A DNA stretch of 52,867 nt from Deltaproteobacteria bacterium (GTDB lineage Bacteria > Desulfobacterota > Desulfarculia > Adiutricales > Adiutricaceae), in NCBI GenBank assembly GCA_031263525.1, contig JAISFP010000457.1, positions 1 to 52,867 of the forward strand, read 5' to 3'. The first letter of the stretch is position 1, and each line of letters begins with the position of its first letter. Made by a program: the position numbers and the translations under genes. Under the pieces are notes generated by a model. The model made no database searches. It saw only the letters and a list, made by a program, of their open reading frames with translations, and was not told where the DNA came from. Below, one piece after another: positions 1 to 7,800 of this stretch.

Positions 1-117
1 ATCTTCTCCCACATTATGGGAGCGAATCATGGCAACGAGATACCAGACATGGGATTCACACGGATTTTTTACCCCTGGACCGATAGCCAAAATTCTGACA
101 TTTAACTGAACTGGTAA

Positions 118-382
118 TATTACCCCGGAAATTAAATCTGGCCCTCAGGTATCCCTTTCAGGGCGAGATTGTGAAAGGGTAAGGACAGGAGCTGGAGGGC
201 TTTGGTGCGGGGTTGAGGCAGGCAGGGGTGAGGGCGAGAGGGCTTTGGGGCAGGGGCGAGTACGGAATGGGTGAGAGCTTTGAGCGAAGGGTTAGGGCCG
301 GAGGGGGAGAGCAGGGCCAGTTTCACGGCCTAGCTCACCGAGAAGAGGAACCCGGGGGCCAGATTTAATTTCCGAGGTAATA
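118..382. repeat. Inverted-repeat-bounded element: 27-bp AT-rich arms (118-144 and 356-382) around a 211-bp G-rich core; candidate invertible segment or MITE-like element
   Basis: Read directly. 118-144 is TATTACCCCGGAAATTAAATCTGGCCC and 356-382 is GGGCCAGATTTAATTTCCGAGGTAATA, its reverse complement with one mismatch (26/27). The interior (145-355) is G-rich on the plus strand and carries degenerate GAGGGCTTTGG(T/G)GC(G/A)GGG-type repeats. Confidence 0.6.
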
Positions 383-395
383 ATCTCGTTTCCAG

Positions 396-527
396 CCTCC
401 CGGACTCCCGGATTCCCGGACTCCCGGCCCTTCCCGACTCCCGGACTCCAGGCCCTTCCTGACTCCCGGCCATCCCGGCCCTTCCCGACTCCCGGCCATC
501 CCGGCCCTTGCCTACTCCTGGACTCCC
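396..527. repeat. C-rich tandem repeat, about a 26-bp unit (GGCCCTTCCCGACTCCCGGCCATCCC and variants), 4-5 copies
   Basis: Reading the sequence shows repeated CTCCCGGACTCCCGG / CCCTTCCCGACTCCCGGCCATCCCGG blocks. Confidence 0.7.
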
Positions 528-950
528 TGTTCTCTCTCCAGCTGCCTCTCGGTCGTCCCGGGCGTCACTGCCCGCGCTGAGGCCCTGCCCTGCCTCAACT
601 TCGTCCTTCGCTACCGTCCCCGTGCACCCCGGCCATCGCAGGAGCCCACACCCGCCTCCCCTTCGTCCTTAGCGGCAGTTCCGGCGATCTCCGTCCCTCT
701 TCCTGTGCGGCCATCCCGGACGTTCCGGCCTTCTCCGCCCCGTGACTGCCGAAAGGACTACTCTTCTGCGGAAGTCAGAGGGCGAAGCGGGCCGAACGGA
801 CAGAGGAGGGGAAAGCGGAAGGTCCGGAACGGCGCGACCGAAGGGAACGGCTCTACGGAAGGCCCGAGGCGGAACCCTGGAAGGCCGGACGCGCCTGGAA
901 ATGCGGCAGAGGACGGTACCGGATCTGCCCAGCGCGACCGCCACTCCCCT

Positions 951-1874
951 TCAGCCCAGGGCGGCCTGGTAAAGGAGCCCCTCCACGAACCTGTCTGCGT
1001 AGCAGGTCCAGTTCGGGAGGACGAGCCCGAACGTCTCCTCGGCCTTCCTGGCGGACATGACCGAGTTGAGGGGCCTTGTCGCCGGCCTGGAGGCGTCCGG
1101 GACGTCCCGCGGCGTAATGGCGTCGGGCCTGAGCTTCAGCTTCACGCCCAGTTCCAGCGCCCTGGAGACTATGTGGCGGCTGAACTCCAGCCAGGTGGCC
1201 GATCCGGAGGAGACCAGGTGGTAGAGCCCCCATGCCCCGGGCCCGTTCCCCATTACTCCCCGGAGGGCCAGGAGGGTAGCCGCGGAAAGGAGCTCCGTGG
1301 AGGTGGGCGCCCCCCTCTGGGTGCAGTCCATCTCCAGCGCGTCCCTGGTCCTGGCGAGGTTGTAGACGGTGCGGGGGAAGCAGGCCCCGGTCTGGGAGAA
1401 GACCCAGGAGGTCCTGAAGATTATGTGGCGGGGGCAGGCGGCCGTCACGAGCCTGTCGCCCGCGAGCTTGGTCCGTCCGTAGGCGTTCAGGGGCGCCGGC
1501 TCGTCCTCCTCCGTGTAGGGCCCGTCCTTGGCCCCGTCGTAGACGTAGTCGGTCGAGTAGTGAACGAAGGCCGCCCCGTGCCGCTCGGCGAAGGCGGCCA
1601 GCAGCCCGGCCCCCTCGGCGTTCACGCGGTAGGCAACGTCCTCCTCGGACTCCGCCCTGTCCACCGCCGTGTAGGCCGCGGCGTTCACCACGGCCCTGAG
1701 CCCGGGGAACTCGAGCCTGGCGAGCTCAGACTCGAGATTCGGGTCCGCCAGATCTACGTTCGCCATGGTCCAGCGCGACAGTCGCCCCAGGACCCCCAGC
1801 GAGGCCGCGAGCTCCCGGCCCAGCTGGCCGTCGGCACCTACGAGAAGAATCACCCGGTTCCCCCTTCCTGTCAC
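951..1874 (-). CDS. rfbD: dTDP-4-dehydrorhamnose reductase (RmlD/RfbD)
   Basis: The ORF 951..2003(-) translation contains an N-terminal Rossmann motif (LLVGADGQLG). It also contains YSTDYVYDG, PLNAYGRTKLAGD and a C-terminal substrate-binding region typical of RmlD. The start is set at the in-frame GTG at 1874 just before the Rossmann motif; an alternative GTG lies at 1853. The upstream part of the ORF is P/G/R-rich junk. Confidence 0.85.
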   Translation of the reverse strand: MTGRGNRVILLVGADGQLGRELAASLGVLGRLSRWTMANVDLADPNLESELARLEFPGLRAVVNAAAYTAVDRAESEEDVAYRVNAEGAGLLAAFAERHGAAFVHYSTDYVYDGAKDGPYTEEDEPAPLNAYGRTKLAGDRLVTAACPRHIIFRTSWVFSQTGACFPRTVYNLARTRDALEMDCTQRGAPTSTELLSAATLLALRGVMGNGPGAWGLYHLVSSGSATWLEFSRHIVSRALELGVKLKLRPDAITPRDVPDASRPATRPLNSVMSARKAEETFGLVLPNWTCYADRFVEGLLYQAALG

Positions 1875-2235
1875 CGGTCCCCGGCACTGGGGGCCCCCCG
1901 GCACGTCCGGGCCGTGCGGGTCATGATGAGCTCCGGGGAGCTTACCCTGCCGCGGCACGGCGATCAAGTGCCGGGACGGACGCGACCCTGGCACCGCCGT
2001 CAAGAGGACCGATGGCGCTTCAGGCCGTCCGTCACCCGCCCCGCAAGCCCCGGTTCTCCGGGCCTCTGGCGCGTCCGGCTTCCGAGAATCCGGTCATGAG
2101 GCGCTTATGACCTTGAAAAAACCACATATCAAGTTCGAAAGCATCTGACACTCATGAACAGGCTACATTCAAGTCACCAGGCGCTAATCGTTTTGCAAAA
2201 CCTTGCCTCAACCTTGCCTCAAGTCCGCTGGCCTC

Positions 2236-2750
2236 AGACACTCAGGCTCCAGCGGCACTCCGATCATCAGGCGTTCAGCACTTTGCAAAACCCAGCCTTC
2301 AGTTCACAGGGCCCCGATACTCAGGCCATGTGGCAATATAGTTCCGCGGCGCTCCGGACTTCAGGCAGTCTGGGCATAAGTCGCATGCACCGGCCCCCCC
2401 TGCCAATGGCGTTTCTCCAGGATCTCCGTTCTCCAGGCACACCGTTTCACGCCCCCGCCCCCAGCCAAAATCACGCCCGAACACGCAAGCGACCAGACAC
2501 CCCGTCCTTCAATCCCACACCCCTTGCTCCAATCGCGCCCCGCCCGCAGGCCAGCGGACACTCCGGCCTTCAGGCCCCCCGCCCATTGCTCCGCTCACTC
2601 CCCCAGGCAGTCTGGCACTCCGGCATTCAGGCCACTGCCCCCGCAAAAACCGCGCCAGGACCTGCAAGCGGCCAGGGACTCCGGCCTTCAGGCCCCCGAC
2701 CCTTGGTCCGCTCGCGTCCGCAGGCAGCCTGACACTCCGTCCTCAGGGCC
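2236..2750. repeat. Degenerate dispersed/tandem repeat; the motif (G)ACTCCGGCCTTCAGGCC recurs at least 7 times at about 55-65 bp spacing
   Basis: Copies were read at about 2240, 2312, 2355, 2557, 2615, 2677 and 2731. No credible CDS lies in 2004-3107. Confidence 0.55.
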
Positions 2751-3107
2751 CTCTCCTTCCTCTGGCGCTCCGGACTTACGGGTTCCCTTCTCTTCCGCCC
2801 TCCATGCAAGTACCCCGGTTCCCCGGCCGTTTCGACCGCCCCTGCGTTCGGGGCCCGGGACAGCATGGCGCTCCCGTCTTCAGGCTCCCATGTCTCTGGC
2901 CAGCCTGGAACGAGACATCAGGGGCTCCCGTTCTTCACGGCGCCCTGCCATCGTTTTTCCGCGCCCCGTCACCAGCCGCAATCACGCGTTCCGGGCGGCA
3001 GCGGCGGGGGGACGGCCCGTTCCGCGAGCAGACGGAGCGACGGCGCGTTCAAGGCGAAACCGGCGGAGGAACGGCGCGTTCAGGGATCCGGCGGGGGGAT
3101 CCCACTC

Positions 3108-4496
3108 TCAGGCGCTCCGTCTGGCGAGGCCGCGGGACGCCAGGTCGCGGAGCACCTTGGCGGCGCACTCCAGCCCGTCGTTTATGGCGCGGACCACCAG
3201 GGACGGCCCCCGGGCGGCGTCCCCGCAGGAGTAGATCTTGCCCTCCAGCGCCCCGCCCGGCGGGGCGGCGAGGCCGCCCAGCCTGAGCGAGGTCTCCTCC
3301 GGGCCGGTGAAGCCCATGGCCAGGAGCACCAGGTCCGCCCTGACCGTGAACTCCGAGGCGGGCTTCGGCACGGGACGCGGCGGCCCTCCGTTCGTGGCGG
3401 ACCAGCTCACCTCGCGGCACCTGACCGCGCCGAGCCTGGACGGGTCTGACTCCGAGGGGAGGAACTCCAGGGAGTCTATGTTCCAGCGGCGGCGGCACCC
3501 CTCCTCGTGGCTGGAGGACGTCCGGAGCACCCTGGGCCACTGGGGCCAGGGGTTGCCCGGGGCCCTCACGGCCGGCGGCTCGGGCATGATCTCGAACTGG
3601 GAGACCTCGGATGCGCCCTGGCGGTTGGCCGTGCCCACGCAGTCGCTCCCCGTGTCGCCGCCCCCGATGACCAGCACCCTCTTCCCGGCGGCCGAGAAGC
3701 CCGGAGGAAGGGAGGCCTCCTCGGCGGAGTTCACGCGGTTCTGGGCGGAGAGATAGTCGGTGGCGAACATGACCCCGGCCAGCTCGCGGCCAGGTATCGC
3801 CAGATCCCGCTTCTTCCTCGCCCCGGAGGCAATGACCAGCGCGTCGTAGCGGTTCTCTATGAGCCTGGCCGAGATGTCGGTCCCGGCCTCGACGTTCATG
3901 CGGAACCTCACGCCCTCGGCCACCATGAGATCGATCCTGCGGTCTATGACCCTCTTGTCGAGCTTGAAGTCAGGGATGCCGTAGCGCAGGAAGCCGCCGG
4001 GCCTCCTGTCGCGCTCGTAGACGGTGACAGTGGCCCCGGCCCTGTTCAGGGCGAAGGCGCAGGCCAGCCCGGCCGGCCCCGAGCCCGCCACGGCCACCTT
4101 CACGTCCGTGCGCCGCAGGGGCGGGAGCGGGCGGATCCAGCCGTTCTCGAAGCCCCTCTCGCTCACCTCGTACTCGGCGAGCCTCGCGGGGACCGGGACG
4201 CCGTTTAAGCCCTGCACGCAGGACCCCTCGCAGAGCGCCGGGCAGACCCTGGCGGTGAACTCCGGGAAGGGGCTGGTCTCCAGGAGCTTCCAGAGCGCCG
4301 ACTCCCAGCGCCCGTGGAGGGCTTCCACGTTGATTTCCGGGACCACGTTGTGGAGGGGGCAGCCCATCGCGTGGCAGAAGGGTATGCCGCAGTCCTGGCA
4401 GCGCCTGAGCTCCTCGGAAAGGTACCCTTCCGCAGGCCTCAGCTCCACCGGGCGGTAGTCCTTGATCCTCTCGGCTATAGGTCTGTACTCGCTCAT
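3108..4496 (-). CDS. gltD: Glutamate synthase (GOGAT) small subunit / NADPH-dependent oxidoreductase
   Basis: 462-aa ORF. It has an N-terminal Cys cluster (CQDCGIPFCH...CP...CPALCEGSC). It has two dinucleotide-binding motifs (VAVAGSGPAGLACA and VLVIGGGDTGSDC). It lies immediately downstream of gltB on the same strand. Confidence 0.93.
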   Translation of the reverse strand: MSEYRPIAERIKDYRPVELRPAEGYLSEELRRCQDCGIPFCHAMGCPLHNVVPEINVEALHGRWESALWKLLETSPFPEFTARVCPALCEGSCVQGLNGVPVPARLAEYEVSERGFENGWIRPLPPLRRTDVKVAVAGSGPAGLACAFALNRAGATVTVYERDRRPGGFLRYGIPDFKLDKRVIDRRIDLMVAEGVRFRMNVEAGTDISARLIENRYDALVIASGARKKRDLAIPGRELAGVMFATDYLSAQNRVNSAEEASLPPGFSAAGKRVLVIGGGDTGSDCVGTANRQGASEVSQFEIMPEPPAVRAPGNPWPQWPRVLRTSSSHEEGCRRRWNIDSLEFLPSESDPSRLGAVRCREVSWSATNGGPPRPVPKPASEFTVRADLVLLAMGFTGPEETSLRLGGLAAPPGGALEGKIYSCGDAARGPSLVVRAINDGLECAAKVLRDLASRGLARRSA

Positions 4497-4554
4497 CTCT
4501 GACCTTCGCGCCCGCCGCCGCGCCTTCCGGCGCCGGGGGGCCTGAAACGTGACT

Positions 4555-4810
4555 CCTGCCCTGCCGCGAACGTCCCGCGGCAGGACGCCGTGCCGTGCCG
4601 TCCCGGCGGCCGTCCTCAGGGGAGCGTCCCCGCTCCCGGCAACTTCCGGCTCCCGGATGGCCGAGACGTGGCACTTGCCTGCCGGGGCTCTCCCGCGGCA
4701 GGAAACCCGGCCCTGCCGGGGCTCTCCCGCGGCAGGAAACCCGGCCCTGCCGGGGCTCTCCCGCGGCAGGAAACCTGCCCTGCCGGGGCTCTCCCGCGGC
4801 AGGAAACCTG
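4555..4810. repeat. REP-like hairpin repeats in the gltB-gltD spacer: a 33-34-bp unit CCTGCCGGGGCTCTCCCGCGGCAGGAAACC(CGGC), 4 tandem copies (4678-4810), plus a related hairpin at about 4555-4585
   Basis: Unit starts were read at 4678, 4712, 4746 and 4779. Each unit holds the inverted pair CCTGCCG...CGGCAGG. Confidence 0.8.
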
Positions 4811-4814
4811 CGGC

Positions 4815-7800
4815 CTACCGCGCCGCCCGCGAGCCGGTGCCGGCGTCCGGGACGGGTTCCGCGGCGGGGACGGCGGCCTGGACCGGGCCCGCGCCCGATG
4901 CCGGGGCGGTGGCGGACCCCGCCGGGACGGCGGTCGGCGCCACCCCGGCAACGGCCTCGTTAGCGGGATCGTCCTCGGGGAAGATGAACTTCCGCCTCTC
5001 CAGTACGATGCCCTTTCTGTACTCCAGGGGGAAGACCTTGACGAAGCGGTCGCGGTCCCTGGGCCAGGACTGGAGAATGCCCCTGGCCACGTCGCTCCCC
5101 GTGTAGAGGAGGTGGCGGCGCATGAGGGCCAGGAGCTCCTCCTCGTCCTCGGAGTCCAGGAGGTCAAGGTCAACCATCTCGTGGTTCACCCTCACGTCGA
5201 AGTAGCCGTCCTGGTCTAGCACGAAGGCCAGCCCGCCGCTCATCCCGGCCCCGAAGTTCACGCCGACCGGGCCCAGGACCACGACCCTGCCGCCGGTCAT
5301 GTACTCGCAGCCGTGGTCGCCTATGCCCTCCACCACCGCGAGCGCGCCGGAGTTGCGGACCGCGAACCGCTCGCCGGCCAGGCCCCTCATGTAGAGCTCG
5401 CCCGTCACGGCCCCGTAGAGGGTCACGTTCCCGGCGATGGTGTTCTTGGAGGGCACGAAGTCCGGGTGGGCGTCGTCCGGGGGCCTCACTATGAGCTTGC
5501 CGCCGGAAAGGCCCTTGCCCACGTAGTCGTTCACCTCGCCCCTTATCTCCAGGGTGAGCCCGTGCGCGGCGAAGGCCCCGAAGCTCTGGCCGGCGGTGCC
5601 GGAGAGCCTGATCCTGACGGTGTCGGACGGGAGCCCCTCATGCGCGTGCAGGCGCACGATGCGGGAGCTTATCTTGGCCCCCACAGTGCGGTCGGTGTTC
5701 CGGACCGGGACATCCACCTCGACGGGGACGCCGGTCTCGATGCTCTCCATGAGCCCGGGCAGGAGCCTGTCGTCCAGGGTCCCTCGGTCGCGGGTGTCGT
5801 GGTAGCCGGTGAAGCGGCACTCGCCCTCCTCGGGTCGGTACAGCACGGCGGAGTAGTCCAGGCCGCGGCCCTTCGCCGCCGGGGCGTCGCGCCTGGGCTC
5901 CAGGCGGTCGCATCGGCCGGTCATCTCGGCCATGGTCCTGAACCCCAGGAAGGCCATGATCTCGCGGAGCTCGCGCGCCACGAAGCGGAAGTAGTTCTTC
6001 ACGTGCTCCGGGGTGCCCCTGAAGCGCGAGCGGAGCCTGGGGTCCTGCGTGGCGACGCCCACGGGGCACCCGTTCGTGTGGCACTTCCGCATCATGAGGC
6101 AGCCCATGGATATGAGCACCGCGGTCGCGAAGCCGAACTCGTCCGCGCCCAGAAGCGACGCCACCGCGACGTCCCGGCCCGTCTTCATCTGGCCGTCCAC
6201 CTGAAGCCGCACCCGGGCGCGCAGGTGGTTCCTCACCAGGGTCTGCTGGGTCTCGGAGAGGCCCACCTCCCAGGGGGAGCCGGCGTGCCTTATGCTCGAG
6301 AGGGGTGACGCGCCCGTGCCGCCGTCGAAGCCCGATATGAGTATGGACTCGGCCATCCCCTTCGCGACGCCGGCCGCGATGGTGCCCACGCCCACCTCGC
6401 TCACGAGCTTCACGCAGACCGTGGCCTCGTCGGCCGCCTGGTGGAGGTCGTAGATGAGCTGGGCGATGTCCTCGATGCTGTAGATGTCGTGGTGCGGCGG
6501 CGGGGAGATGAGCGTCACCCCCGGCGTCGAGTGGCGGACGCGGGCAATCTCGGTGTCCACCTTGTGGCCGGGGAGCTGGCCCCCCTCGCCTGGCTTCGCG
6601 CCCTGCGCGATCTTTATCTGGAGCTCCTTCGCGTGGTTCAGGTACTCCAGGGTCACCCCGAAGCGGCCGGAGGCCACCTGCTTCACCGCGGATATGGTGG
6701 AGAGCCCGTCGGCCCTGGGCGCGTAGCGGGCCGGGTCCTCGCCGCCCTCGCCGGAGTTGCTCCTTCCGCCCAGCGAGTTCATGGCTATGGCCATGGTCTC
6801 GTGGGCCTCCTTCGAGAGCGACCCGAAGGACATGGCGCCGGTCGCGAACCTCTTCACGATCTCCTCTTCCGGCTCCACCTCGTCCAGCGGCACCTGCGGC
6901 TCGCCGGGCCTGAAGTCCAGCAGGCCCCGCAGGGTGAACGCCTTCTCGCCCTGGTCGTTTATGAGCGCCGCGTACTTCCTGTAAGTCTCGTAGCTCCCGC
7001 CCCTCACGGCCTCCTGGAGGAGCGTCACGCTCTCAGCGGTCCACAGGTGCCTCACGCCCTGGTTCCTGAGCCTGTAGGCGCCGCCCTCGGCGAGCGGCCT
7101 CACGGGCCTTCCGGCGCGGACGGACGGGCCGTCCGGGGCGCCCGCGCCCGGGGCCGGGCCGCGCGGCGCGTCGGTTCCTGGACGAGGGGATTCCGGCGTC
7201 CAGCCGAAAACTTTCCTGCCGTGCCCGGGAGCGCCCGTCTGGCCGTGCCGGTCCGCCCGCTGCTGCCTGTCAGCCTGATTCCGCCGGCCGCCGCCGTCCG
7301 GCGGACTCTGCCCGGCGGAATCGCCGGCGTGCCTGCCGTCCCGGGCGTCCGGAGCCGCGCCCCGCCGCAGGGACGACGCCCCCTCGATTCCGGGGGACGG
7401 GAACAGCCCGCCGTCCGGCGCGACGTGGCTGTCGGGGGCGGCCATGTCGGCCAGCCCGGAGACCACGTAGGGGTGGTGGTCCCACGCGCCGTCCAGCCTC
7501 TCGACTATGGAGCGCTCGAAGTCGGCGGCCTCCAGGCCCCCGACGCGGCTGGGTATGCCGGGGAAGAAGCTCTCCATGACGCCGGGGCCCAGGCCCACGG
7601 CCTCGAAGATCTGGGCGCCCCGGTAGCCGCGGAGGGTCGAGATGCCCATCTTGCTCATGATCTTCAACAGCCCCTTGCGCAGGGCCTTCACGTAGTTCTC
7701 CACGGCGGCCGCGGCGCCCATGGGCGCCGCCAGCGCGTCCCGGCCCGCGAGCTCGGCCACGGTCTCGTAGGCGAGGTAGGGGTTCACGGCGGACGCGCCC

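Noticed and set aside
132-326. A 64-aa minus-strand ORF inside the inverted-repeat-bounded element.
   Set aside because: The translation is Pro/Leu/Ser-rich from a G-rich repeat. It has no start context and no family resemblance.
2095-2135. The hairpin GGTCAT-N9-ATGACC followed by an A-run, as a possible terminator.
   Set aside because: The U-tract would precede the stem on the minus strand and is an A-tract on the plus strand. The geometry fits neither orientation.
4678-4810. Possible CRISPR arrays (here, and also at 23287-23545, 43904-44217 and 49167-49400).
   Set aside because: The units are contiguous head-to-tail with no unique spacers of comparable length, and no cas genes lie in the window. 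They are plain tandem repeats.
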